This document shows, in pieces, positions 41,332 to 50,960 of a stretch of DNA of 64,000 nucleotides. The notes below the pieces were generated by a model, which saw only the letters and a list, made by a program, of their open reading frames with translations, was not told the DNA's origin and made no database searches. Each line of letters opens with the position of its first letter. The stretch's first letter is position 1. Source of the stretch: Planctomycetota bacterium (lineage in GTDB: Bacteria > Planctomycetota > UBA8108 > SXIK01). The translations under genes were made by a program, and so were the position numbers. The DNA is taken from contig CBDCXR010000004.1 in NCBI GenBank assembly GCA_965223845.1, forward strand, positions 448,001 to 512,000, written 5' to 3'.

Positions 41332-41360
41332 ATTATATCAGGCGCCCCGCCGCAAGTTAA
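41332..41360 (-). promoter_or_regulatory. Extended -10 promoter for gap
   Basis: Minus strand TTAACT-17 nt-TATAAT, with TGn directly before the -10. Confidence 0.45.
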
Positions 41361-41413
41361 CCTCGAGTTCGGCCCGTCTCACTCGCGGGTCCCGGGCGCG
41401 GAGAATCGGGAGT

Positions 41414-42325
41414 CTAGTCCGCGGACTCGAGGAGGCTCCCCGTCTCGGTCCGCGTCGGGATCGAGGGGATCGCGCCCGGGCGAGTCGTGCTCAGTGCGGC
41501 GGCCGCCGAGGCGAAGCGCATTGCGGCGGCGAGCTTCGTGCCTCGGTCGAGCTCGGCGGAGAGGACGCCGACGAAAGTATCGCCGGCGCCGGTGGCGTCG
41601 ACCGACTGCACCCGGAGGGGCGGGACGTGGACGGGATCGCCGCCCGAGCGGGCGAAGTAAGCCCCTCTCGAGCCGGCGGTGACGACGACGAGGGTCGACT
41701 CGAGCTTGGCACTCAGTCTCTCCGCGAGCTCTGCGGTCGCGCCCGAGTCGTCGGCGAGGAGCGAGCCGGCCTCCAGCTCGTTCGCAACGAGAACGTCGAC
41801 CGCGCGGAGGACGTCCGGGGGTAGGCGGGTGGCCGGCGCCGCATTGAGGACGATCGTCGCTCGCCCGGCGCGCGCGACGTCGATCGCCCGAACGACGGCC
41901 TCGATTGGGATCTCGAGCTGAAGGACGACCACTCGCGCGCCGAGAAGCGCCTCCCTCGAATCTGCGATCGCCGCCGCGTCGAGGCGCCGGTTCGCCCCTG
42001 ACGAGACGACGATCTGATTCGCGCCCCGTCTGTCGACCGCGATGAGGGCAGCGCCCGTCGACGCACCGTCGATCACCCGGACGGCGTCGACGTCGATGCC
42101 TTCCTCGGCGAGGACGCTTCGCATGGCGCGTCCCGCCTCGTCCGATCCGACCGCCCCGACGAAGCGAACCCCTGCGCCCGCCCGCGCGGCGGCGACGGCC
42201 TGGTTCGCGCCCTTCCCTCCCGGAACCGCGGCAAGGTCGCCGCCGATGACGGTTTCGCCGGGCTTGGGAAGATGCGGTACGACACTGACAAGGTCGCGAT
42301 GAATGCTGCCGACGACGGTGATCAA
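41414..42325 (-). CDS. rbsK: Ribokinase
   Basis: PGGKGANQA, LQLEIP, NAAP, NELE, DATGAGDTF. Confidence 0.92.
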   Translation of the reverse strand: MITVVGSIHRDLVSVVPHLPKPGETVIGGDLAAVPGGKGANQAVAAARAGAGVRFVGAVGSDEAGRAMRSVLAEEGIDVDAVRVIDGASTGAALIAVDRRGANQIVVSSGANRRLDAAAIADSREALLGARVVVLQLEIPIEAVVRAIDVARAGRATIVLNAAPATRLPPDVLRAVDVLVANELEAGSLLADDSGATAELAERLSAKLESTLVVVTAGSRGAYFARSGGDPVHVPPLRVQSVDATGAGDTFVGVLSAELDRGTKLAAAMRFASAAAALSTTRPGAIPSIPTRTETGSLLESAD

Positions 42326-42580
42326 GAGTCGGGTCCAAGTCCGGATGCGGAGCGACGATCGGCCTTGCAGGAAACGCCCTTGATGGGCGGTTTCGGAGCA
42401 GAGTCGAACCGAGCCTGGCGGGAGCTGCCGCCCGCTTGTTCGAGGGTTGTATTTTCGGACTCTCCCGGTTCAAATCGCAACTTCGCTCTCGACCGAGAGT
42501 CCTTCGCGACGCGGTGAGGAATCGAACTCCGAGCGGTGGCGACGCCGCAAAAAACTCGCCGCGGAAACCTTGGGGGATCG

Positions 42581-44767
42581 ATGTACACCGAGCTGAAAGA
42601 ATACGCGGCGGCGAACGACCTCGATCGGTTTGAAGACCGCTGGATGGAAGCCTTGGGCGCGGGAGACCTCGAGTCGTCTGCGATGGAGGCTCTACTCGAT
42701 GCGGCCGAGGTGGCGCTCGATCGGCAGGATTCGACCCATCGACTGGCGACTCTTCTCGAGCTCCTCTGTGCCTGCATCGCCGAAGATACGACCGCGAGGG
42801 TGACGCTGCGTCTCTTTTGGCATCTCCTCCGGTTCTTCCCGGAGAATCGTTCGTACCTGAACATCTTCTGCGAGGCGTACGTCCAGGTGTACCCCGTCGC
42901 ATCGCCGGAGCGAGCGTTTTTCGACGCCGCTTCCGTCGCGCAGAGCTCGGACGTCGCCGGCTCGCTCGCTCGACTCGACAGCCTCCTTCGCTATCGCGAG
43001 GGGGCCTTCGTCTTCCACCGCTCCGGGTGGGGCGTCGGACGGGTTCTTAGTGTCGACCCCTTCCTCAAGCAGGTGCGTGTCGACCTCGAGGAGAAGAAAG
43101 ACCACCGGATCGCGATCGACGTCGTCGATTCGATTCTGGATTTCCTCGAGCCCGATAGCTTCCAGGCGCTCCTCCTCTCGAACGTCGAGGGGCTCCATCG
43201 GCTGCGTGACGAAGATCCGGTGGGGCTCGTGACCAAGGTTCTCGACGCCTTCGGAAACCCGCTCGGCGTCAAGGATATCAAGTCGCATCTCGTACCGGCG
43301 ATCGTACCGACGAAGGACTGGACGAAGTGGTGGAACAAGACGAAGGCGCTTCTCCGCGACTCCGGGTATTTCCGCGTCGGTGACCGCGCGCCGCATCGGG
43401 TCGAGAAGCTCGAGTCGGCGATCAGCTACGCCGACGAGCTGATCCGCGACTACTACGCCTCATCGTGGCTCGAAGCACGCAAGGTCGCGAAACAGGCCGC
43501 GCGCAAGTCGGGCGGAGAGTACAAGGATGCCTGGGAGAAAATTCGCCCGCACCTTCTCGAGCTGAAGGAAGGCGATGACGTCTCCGTCGCGATCGACGCT
43601 GCGACCATTTACGAGCGCGGTGAGATCGGCGGCAGCGGCGTGCTCGCCGAAGTGCTCGCACGCTTCGGTGTCGAAAAGCTCGCCGACGCGATTCAGGGGC
43701 TGCCGGGCCCCGAAGCGCAGCGACGGGCCGCAAACGCGCTCGTGGATGCCCGTCCCGAAGACTGGCAGAACGTCGCGCGCGCGCTCGTTCTCGGACGGAG
43801 CGATGTCTTGCGGAACGTCGCGCTCGGTCTTCTCGAAGAGCGAGCACCGGAGGCCGCGCTCGAAGTGGTCGGCTCGGTTGCGGCGAACCCGCCAGCGGCG
43901 TTCGAGGCGTTTTGTTGGCTGCTGAACGTCCACGTCGCCGGATCGGATCGACCCGGCCTCGAGCCGTTTCGCCAGCGGACCTCGAGGGAGCTCGTGCGAA
44001 TGCTCCTCGACCTCTGCGACCACCAGGAGCATCGAGCGAGCCGAGTCGAGCGAACCGTCGTGAAGGAGGCGTTCGGCCGGATTCAGCAGTGCCTCGGTGC
44101 GAAGGACGGAGACTTTTTCGCCGAGGGGATTCGAGGGTTCAAGAAGTCGGAGCTCGTCGCTCTCTACTCGCGCATCGTCAACTACGACGACATTCTCCCC
44201 GATCTCAAAGCCGAGCTGCTCGGCCGTATCAGCGAGCAGGCGCCCGAGCTCGAGCAGGAAGAGCCGGCGATGCCGTGGGAGGAAAACTGCATCTACACCA
44301 CGTCGGCCGGACTCGAAAAGCGCCGCGAGCAGTTTCGCGAGATCATGGAAACGAAGCTCCCGAAGAACTTCGAGGAGATCGGTCGCGCAGCGAGCTTCGG
44401 CGACCTCTCGGAAAACGCCGAGTACACCGCGGCGCTGGAGACGCGCGATCAGCTCACGCGGCAGGCGAAGCAGATCGAGGAGGAGCTCGAGATCGCGAAG
44501 ATCATCGAGCCCGCTTCGGTGAATGCGGAGTCGATCGCGCTCGGCACGCGCGTTTCAGCGTCGGAGGTCGAGAGTGGCGAAAACAAGATCTACACCATTC
44601 TCGGTCCGTGGGACGGCAGCCCGGAAGAAGGCGTTCTCAACTACCATTCGCCACTCGCTAGGGCTCTGTTCGGACGGCGCGCGGGCGAGCAGGTCGACAT
44701 CGAGCTGCCAGGCGGGTCCTTGAGCCTTAAAATCGAAAGGATCAGCTCGCACTTCGACGAGGAGTGA
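42581..44767 (+). CDS. greA: GreA/GreB transcription elongation factor with large N-terminal extension
   Basis: C-terminal FGDLSENAEY, YTILGPWD, YHSPLA; N-terminal HRSGWGVG and WTKWWNKTK motifs, as in Chlamydiae/spirochete-type long GreA. Confidence 0.85.
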   Translation: MYTELKEYAAANDLDRFEDRWMEALGAGDLESSAMEALLDAAEVALDRQDSTHRLATLLELLCACIAEDTTARVTLRLFWHLLRFFPENRSYLNIFCEAYVQVYPVASPERAFFDAASVAQSSDVAGSLARLDSLLRYREGAFVFHRSGWGVGRVLSVDPFLKQVRVDLEEKKDHRIAIDVVDSILDFLEPDSFQALLLSNVEGLHRLRDEDPVGLVTKVLDAFGNPLGVKDIKSHLVPAIVPTKDWTKWWNKTKALLRDSGYFRVGDRAPHRVEKLESAISYADELIRDYYASSWLEARKVAKQAARKSGGEYKDAWEKIRPHLLELKEGDDVSVAIDAATIYERGEIGGSGVLAEVLARFGVEKLADAIQGLPGPEAQRRAANALVDARPEDWQNVARALVLGRSDVLRNVALGLLEERAPEAALEVVGSVAANPPAAFEAFCWLLNVHVAGSDRPGLEPFRQRTSRELVRMLLDLCDHQEHRASRVERTVVKEAFGRIQQCLGAKDGDFFAEGIRGFKKSELVALYSRIVNYDDILPDLKAELLGRISEQAPELEQEEPAMPWEENCIYTTSAGLEKRREQFREIMETKLPKNFEEIGRAASFGDLSENAEYTAALETRDQLTRQAKQIEEELEIAKIIEPASVNAESIALGTRVSASEVESGENKIYTILGPWDGSPEEGVLNYHSPLARALFGRRAGEQVDIELPGGSLSLKIERISSHFDEE

Positions 44768-44923
44768 CGCTCTCTCGTCGCGGCCCGCTCAATCGGTGGT
44801 CGAGAGACCTCGAGTGATCCGCGAGCTCCACCGCCCGCCGGCTCCGTCGCGCGGCGATGCTGGGTCCGCCCGGCGCCGGTCGCGCGTGAACCGATCTCGT
44901 CCCTTCCGATTCCGGTGCCTTCG

Positions 44924-45982
44924 ATGACCCACGATGCCGAGAGCCTTCTCAAGTCTGTCGAGGAGATCCTCTCGGACCGCGAGACCTATCCCGAAGGGAA
45001 GTACCTCGCCGATTTCATCGAGACGGCGGTGACGTTCGTGAAGGACCGCCCCGAGCGCGGCGACCTGCGGATGCTTCGCCAGGCGTTCAAGGAGCTCCGC
45101 TATGCGTTCCGCGTATTTGCTCCGTATCGGCGGGTGCGGAAGGTGTCCGTATTCGGTTCGGCGCGGACGCCCGAAGGAGCGAAGGAGTACGAGGACGCTC
45201 ACGCGTTCGCGACGATGATGACGCGTCTCGGGTGGATGGTCATCACGGGCGCCGGACCCGGAATCATGCAGGCGGCGCAGGGCGGGGCGGGGCGTTCACG
45301 GAGCTTCGGAGTCAATATCCGGCTTCCGTTCGAGCAGCGGGCGAACCCGGTCATCCACGACGATCCGAAGCTCGTGACGTTCAAGTACTTTTTCACGCGG
45401 AAGGTCGTCTTCGTTAAGGAGACGGACGCGATCGCGCTCTTTCCCGGTGGGTTCGGAACGCACGACGAGGCTTTCGAGTCCATGACCCTCGTGCAGACCG
45501 GAAAGACCGAGCCGCTCCCCATCGTCTGCGTGGAATCGGAAGGCGGGAGCTACTGGCAGGAGTGGCGGGAGTACGTCGAGCGCCATCTCCTCGGCGGCGG
45601 TTACATCAGTCCGGAGGATCTGGATCTCGTCGAGCTCGCCCACGGCGTCGACGAGGCGACAGCGAAGATCGAGCGCTTCTATCGCATCTATCATTCGGCG
45701 CGCTTCGTGCGCGGCAAGCTCGTCCTTCGCCTGCAGGCGCCGGTCGCGGATGACGTGCTCGATCGCATCAATACCGAGTTTGTGGATATCCTCGCTGAGG
45801 GGCGATTCGAGCGCGCGGAGTGTGATCCCCTCGAGGCGCGCGACGAACCGGAGACTGCGGGACTCGCTCGCCTTCGCTTCGCCTTCAACCGCCGGAGCTG
45901 CGGACGGCTGCGTCAGCTCGTGAACCTCCTCAACGAGTCCGCGGGTCGGGCGGCGGCAGCGACGCGCGAGGTCGGCGGCTGA
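44924..45982 (+). CDS. LOG family protein
   Basis: VFGSART, ITGAGPGIM, FKYFFTRK, PGGFGTHDE. Confidence 0.9.
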   Translation: MTHDAESLLKSVEEILSDRETYPEGKYLADFIETAVTFVKDRPERGDLRMLRQAFKELRYAFRVFAPYRRVRKVSVFGSARTPEGAKEYEDAHAFATMMTRLGWMVITGAGPGIMQAAQGGAGRSRSFGVNIRLPFEQRANPVIHDDPKLVTFKYFFTRKVVFVKETDAIALFPGGFGTHDEAFESMTLVQTGKTEPLPIVCVESEGGSYWQEWREYVERHLLGGGYISPEDLDLVELAHGVDEATAKIERFYRIYHSARFVRGKLVLRLQAPVADDVLDRINTEFVDILAEGRFERAECDPLEARDEPETAGLARLRFAFNRRSCGRLRQLVNLLNESAGRAAAATREVGG

Positions 45983-46042
45983 TCTGCCGATCGGGGCCGG
46001 CGATTCCGGTCGGCGGGCGCGTTCGCGCAGCGGGAGACGGTC

Positions 46043-47146
46043 GTGTCGAACGAGTTTGATCGGCGACGCCTCAGCTTTCGACCGGTGAGGGAGCGCGAGC
46101 ATCGCTTTCGCATCGACGAGATCCGCGTCGATGCCGCGTCGCCTCTCCCCGACGTCGAGCCGGCGATCGAGACCGCGATCGAACGGACGGCTGGCGAGGT
46201 GCGCGCGGCGCGCGCTCGGGGCGCTCCGGTCGTGATCGCGTTCGGGGCGCACCTCGTCAAGAACGGACTGGGGCCGCTCCTCGCGGAGCTCGTGCGGGAC
46301 GGATGGATCACCCACGCCGCGACGAACGGAGCGGGATCGATTCACGACTGGGAGTTTGCGCACCTCGGTGAGAGCTGCGAGGACGTGCGGCAGTACGTGA
46401 CCGTCGGCGAGTTCGGCCTGTGGCGCGAAACGGGCTTCCACCTCGGGGCCGCACTCGTGGTGGGTGCGCTCCGCGGTTGGGGCTACGGTCGCGCGGTGGG
46501 AGAGCTCATCGCGGCGGACGGGATCGACGTCCCCCAGGTTCGCGAGCTCGAATCGTTGGTGGAAGCTGGGAGGCGCGGCGAGGATCGCGAACGAGCGGCC
46601 GCGGCGCTCGATGTTCTCGACGCGATCGAGCAAGAGGATCTCACCCCCGGGCGCATCGCCGTTGAGCATCCCTCGCGCGAGAGCTCGATTCAGTGGGCGG
46701 CGGTGCGAGCGGATGTCCCGTTCACCGTGCACCCCGGAATCGGGCAAGACATCATTTACACTCATCCGCTCGTCCGCGGCGGCGCTCTCGGTCGTGCGGC
46801 GCTCCGGGATTTTCTCTCGTTCGCGGGCTCCGTCGAGAACCTCGAGGGCGGAGTCTACATCTCCGCCGGCTCGTCGGTGATGTCGCCGATGATCTTCGAG
46901 AAGTCGCTCTCGATGGCGAGGAATGTCCGGCTAGCGCGAGGCGAGCGCCTCGACGACTTCTCGATCGTCGTCAACGATCTCGCCGAGAGCACCTGGGACT
47001 GGGAGAAGGGCGAGCCGCCGCCGGAGAATCCCGCGTACTACGTTCGCTTCTGTAAGTCCTTCGCCCGCATGGGAGGACGGATGCGCTACGTCGGGGTCGA
47101 CAATCGAGTGTTCTTGCAGCACCTGATGCGATTCCTGCGAGATTGA
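46043..47146 (+). CDS. Deoxyhypusine-synthase-like conserved protein
   Basis: FGAHLVKNG, ATNGAGSIHD, GLWRETG, TVHPGIGQDI, GSSVMSPMIFEK. Confidence 0.6.
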   Translation: MSNEFDRRRLSFRPVREREHRFRIDEIRVDAASPLPDVEPAIETAIERTAGEVRAARARGAPVVIAFGAHLVKNGLGPLLAELVRDGWITHAATNGAGSIHDWEFAHLGESCEDVRQYVTVGEFGLWRETGFHLGAALVVGALRGWGYGRAVGELIAADGIDVPQVRELESLVEAGRRGEDRERAAAALDVLDAIEQEDLTPGRIAVEHPSRESSIQWAAVRADVPFTVHPGIGQDIIYTHPLVRGGALGRAALRDFLSFAGSVENLEGGVYISAGSSVMSPMIFEKSLSMARNVRLARGERLDDFSIVVNDLAESTWDWEKGEPPPENPAYYVRFCKSFARMGGRMRYVGVDNRVFLQHLMRFLRD

Positions 47147-47322
47147 GCGGGTCGAAGTGCTGCCGGTTTCTAGTCCGAACTCGTTCCCGCGCCCGATCCC
47201 GAACCGGCGATGAGAGGAATGCCGCTGAACGGAGCCGCTGCAGACGGCGCGGAGACCGCAGACCCGGCGAAGAGAAGATGGAGATGAACTTTGTCGGGAA
47301 CGGGAGCGGGAACCGGAACGGG

Positions 47323-47751
47323 CTACCCGATCACCTCCGGACCGAAGTACTCGAAAGCGTTCTTCTCCGTCTCGAAGACCCGCAAGCGGTAGAGGCGCGC
47401 CGGGCCGTCGAACCAGGGAGCGAGTCGATCCCAGAGCTCGAGGATCAGCACCTCGGTCGTCGGTGTCGGTCCATAGCGTAGCTCGAGACGTCGATTGAGA
47501 TTGCGGTGATCGAGCTCGCGCATGACTTCCGCTTCGACTGCGGCGTCGATGCGTGCCATCGGCGCTACGAATCCACTCGCCTCGTCGATTTCCCCTTCGA
47601 CGGTGACCTCGAGCACGTAGTTGTGTCCGTGGCCCTCTTCGTAGCTGCACTTGCCGAACGTCTCCCAGTTCCAGTCGGCGTCGCGTTCCGGATGGAAGAG
47701 GCGGTGCCCCGCGTTGAACGAGTACGCCTTCGTGACGTGGGCCCGTTTCAT
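47323..47751 (-). CDS. 6-pyruvoyl-tetrahydropterin synthase family (PTPS-II motif), copy 2
   Basis: FNAGHRL, C-SYEEG-HGHNY, LDHRNLN, PTTE. Confidence 0.88.
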   Translation of the reverse strand: MKRAHVTKAYSFNAGHRLFHPERDADWNWETFGKCSYEEGHGHNYVLEVTVEGEIDEASGFVAPMARIDAAVEAEVMRELDHRNLNRRLELRYGPTPTTEVLILELWDRLAPWFDGPARLYRLRVFETEKNAFEYFGPEVIG

Positions 47752-48215
47752 CGCATCCCGGCGGCCGGGCCGGATTCGCGTGGGGGTCGATCGCCGTAGT
47801 ACTCCGCGAAGAGCGTCGGCGATTCGTAGAGGCGGACGCGGTAGAGCGAAGCGTTGGGGCGGGAGAGTTCGGGGCGGATGCGCTCCCAAATGTCTCGCGC
47901 GAGGTTTTCGGTCGTCGGGACTCGGTCGCTCCACTCGGGAAGATCGCGGTTGAGATGGCGATGATCGAGGCGCGCGACGACGTGGCGGGTCAGGATCTCA
48001 TCGACTTCGCGGAGATTGAGCACCATGCCGGTCGCGGGATCGACTTCACCGACGACCGTCACTTCGAGTTCGTAGTTGTGTCCGTGTCCGTGCTCGTTGT
48101 TGCACGGGCCGAACACGCGGAGGTTCTCTTCCCGGCTCCAGGACTCGTTGTGGTAGCGATGCGCGGCGCAAAAGCCCACTCGCCGCGAGATGTAGACGGG
48201 GCGCCGTTCCTTCAT
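47748..48215 (-). CDS. 6-pyruvoyl-tetrahydropterin synthase family (PTPS-II motif), copy 1
   Basis: FCAAHRY, C-NNEHG-HGHNY, LDHRHLN, PTTENL. Confidence 0.88.
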   Translation of the reverse strand: MKERRPVYISRRVGFCAAHRYHNESWSREENLRVFGPCNNEHGHGHNYELEVTVVGEVDPATGMVLNLREVDEILTRHVVARLDHRHLNRDLPEWSDRVPTTENLARDIWERIRPELSRPNASLYRVRLYESPTLFAEYYGDRPPRESGPAAGMR

Positions 48216-49009
48216 GCGAGCGAGATTCCTCCGTCGATCGGTATGACGGCTCCGGTCGTCCACGACGACGCGTCCGACGCCAAGAAGACGACGAGATCTG
48301 CGACTTCGTCGGGAGTGCCGACGCGTCCGAGCGGATGGGCTGCGGCCATGTCCCGGAGAAGCGCCGCGGCTTCCTCGTCGCTGTTCGTACGTCGCCGGTG
48401 AATCGGCGTATCGACGACACCTGGACAGACGACGCAGGCCCGCACTCCGTTTGCCGCCTCTTCGATGGCGGTCGCCCGAGTGAGCATCACGAGCCCGGCT
48501 TTCGACACGCAATAGGAGGCGGCGCCCGGGATCGGGTCGACGGCGAGTGTCGACGCGACGTTTACGATGGCTGAGGTGGGGGGGCGTAGAGAAGCAGCGC
48601 CCGCGTCGGTCGCGCGAGCTCGCCGCGCGCTCTCTCGCAGATGCGGGAGTGCGATCCGGGTGAGTAGGAACGGTCCCGTGAGATTCACGGCGAGTCCGCG
48701 CTCCCAATCCGCCAGCTCCGTCTCCGCAACGGATCCCGTGATGTACTCGCCGGCGTTGTTCACGAGCACGTCGATCCGTCCGAACGCGGTCACGCTTTCG
48801 CCAACCAAGCGTTCGACGTCTTCGCGGTGTTCGTGTCTCGCGACGATCGCGCGCCCGCGGTCGGCCGGCACGCCGGCCATCGTCTCCTCGAGCTTGCCGG
48901 CGGTGCGCCCGGTTGCGACCACACACCAGCCCGCTCGTAGGAATGCGCGAGCCGTCGCCCGACCGATGCCCGAGCCCGCGCCGGTAATGACCGCGACCCT
49001 ACCGTGCAT
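48212..49009 (-). CDS. Short-chain dehydrogenase/reductase
   Basis: ITGAGSGIG, VNNAG, YCVSK, PGVVDT, IDGG; stop overlaps the PTPS start. Confidence 0.9.
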   Translation of the reverse strand: MHGRVAVITGAGSGIGRATARAFLRAGWCVVATGRTAGKLEETMAGVPADRGRAIVARHEHREDVERLVGESVTAFGRIDVLVNNAGEYITGSVAETELADWERGLAVNLTGPFLLTRIALPHLRESARRARATDAGAASLRPPTSAIVNVASTLAVDPIPGAASYCVSKAGLVMLTRATAIEEAANGVRACVVCPGVVDTPIHRRRTNSDEEAAALLRDMAAAHPLGRVGTPDEVADLVVFLASDASSWTTGAVIPIDGGISLA

Positions 49010-49339
49010 CGCCGAGTCGCCACCCGAGCTGTTCACTGGAGTCATCATCGCTGCGCGAAATCACCGAGAGATCGAGCCCGATTCCCTCGATCGACGCTGC
49101 GAAGAGAGACCGGGTGAAACGAGATCGCGCCCGAGTGTAACGTTCCCACGAATCCGCGCCAACGCTTCTCGAGATGCGCACGTTCGCAGCGATCGCGCCG
49201 ACCGGACGGCGAGTCGACCCGCGGATCGAATCCGCTCGCAAATCGCCGAACGAGCAACTACTCTGAGGCGTCCTCGAATACCCGAGAACCCGATGCCGCA
49301 AAAACGATCGGCGGCCGATCGCCGCGAGAAGGGGAGCGA

Positions 49340-49654
49340 ATGAGCGACTACATGGACCTCGTCAAGGAAGAGGCGACCGCCTTCTTCAAGGAGAGCCGCA
49401 CCGCGTTCCTCGACGACGCGGGCGAGCACGGCGGAAAGTCCGAGCGGCCGAACTACCTCCGCTGGATCGACGAGCGAGGCGAGCTCGCGGGCCGCATCGA
49501 AACGGTGACCGCGAGCTGGGGACTCAAAGAGTGCCAGTGGGTGCAGTCGAACACGCGGAGCAAGCCGCCTCCTGGCGGCGATCGCAAGAGCATCGCGTTC
49601 GGGAGCTTCCTCCAGGACGTCCGCCACGCGATCAAGAAGCTCGCGAAGAAATAG
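49340..49654 (+). CDS. Small hypothetical protein
   Basis: GGGAG SD, genome-typical codon usage, globular composition. Confidence 0.65.
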   Translation: MSDYMDLVKEEATAFFKESRTAFLDDAGEHGGKSERPNYLRWIDERGELAGRIETVTASWGLKECQWVQSNTRSKPPPGGDRKSIAFGSFLQDVRHAIKKLAKK

Positions 49655-49708
49655 CGGCGCGCGCGGTGCTGCCGGCGATGCGATCGGCCGAGTGTGCGCG
49701 CCTTCGAC

Positions 49709-50491
49709 CTACTCGTCGTCCGATCCGACGGCCGGGTCGTAGAGGAGCGTCTCCATGGTGAGCTCGGCCGACACACGCTCCTTCGCGACGACGTAGAGCT
49801 TTTCGGCGGCCTGCCGGATGTAGGCGCGGGCTTCGTCCTCGCTGCGCTCGAGAAAGCGACGAAAGTAGCTTGTCGCGAGGAGGAAGTTGCCGTTTCGGCG
49901 GCAGAGCTCGGCGACGAGGAAGACCATGTGCGGATCTTTTTCGTAGCGGAGGTCCTGACGAAACTTCCGGATCGCGCCCGTCAGGTAGCGTTTGCGCAGC
50001 CGCTTCCGAGTCCGCTCCGGCAGCTTGACGGATGGAGGGATCCGCAGGCACCAGTACGCCCGAAGGAGACGCTCGCCTTGATCGCGCGCCGAGAGGTCGA
50101 TCGCCTCGGCGATCTTCGCCGCCCAGTGGTATTGCACGTGAGGGAGCGGAGTGCGTCGACAGCGGCGTACCGATCGCGCCGGTCGGGCGTCGTCGCTAGA
50201 CGGTCCCGCGCGGGTCCCACTCTTCTTGTCGTCGTCGACGAGAAGCGGGATCGTCTCCTCGATGAGCTGCTCCTTGAGCTCGTCGGAAAGATCCCGCAGG
50301 AAGTCGCGCGTGTATCCGGAGTACCGGCAGTGATGACAGGTGTGCACTTCCGCCTGGATGACGTGCTTCCCGCGCATGCGGACGAAGAGGTCGGAGTCTT
50401 GTCCCGTTGCGAAGCCGCTTCCCACATCGCGCAACCGAAGCCGGTTGGCGCACAGAGGGCAGCTCGCTTCGATCGTCGACCAGACAACCAT
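49709..50491 (-). CDS. DUF2225-like zinc-finger/TPR protein
   Basis: CPLC...DSDL...CHHCRYSG; C-terminal FLVAELCRRNG TPR-like helix pair. Confidence 0.65.
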   Translation of the reverse strand: MVVWSTIEASCPLCANRLRLRDVGSGFATGQDSDLFVRMRGKHVIQAEVHTCHHCRYSGYTRDFLRDLSDELKEQLIEETIPLLVDDDKKSGTRAGPSSDDARPARSVRRCRRTPLPHVQYHWAAKIAEAIDLSARDQGERLLRAYWCLRIPPSVKLPERTRKRLRKRYLTGAIRKFRQDLRYEKDPHMVFLVAELCRRNGNFLLATSYFRRFLERSEDEARAYIRQAAEKLYVVAKERVSAELTMETLLYDPAVGSDDE

Positions 50492-50960
50492 TTTGGATCC
50501 CGTCTCTCTCGCTTCGTTCGCTAAGGTTCGGCTGGGAAGTGCTTCGAGGCGAGAAACGGCTCCATGGCGCTCGGATTGGCCGCGGCAAACCTAGGCAATC
50601 TCCGCGATTGTCGACTTGACGCGGCCGAGCCGAGCGTGAACGCGGCGTGTTCTCGGCCGAAGGGGTCTTCAGCGGGCGGTCCTACTCCAAACGAGCACTT
50701 TGCCCCGAAATACTCTGCTCCGAAACACTCTCCACGCTCGCGATTATACCACTACGGGAAGGTGCGCGGCGGCGAAATCAAAACGCGTACCCGTGTGTCG
50801 AAGTCGCGAAAGAACTTGCTTCACGCCCGCCGAACGCTCTCCGTTTCGGCCGCGCCCGAAGACCCTGGCGAGCGCGGCGCCGCGTGAAGATGATAGATGC
50901 GGCGGCGACTCGCGCGAGCGCGCGAGGCCGACCGTTACTCGGTGCCGGTGCGTGCCATTC

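Noticed and set aside
47323-48215. queD / queuosine or 7-deazaguanine DNA-modification cluster
   Set aside because: The motif is C-X5-HGH rather than C-X3-HGH, and no queC/E/F, folE or dpd genes are present.
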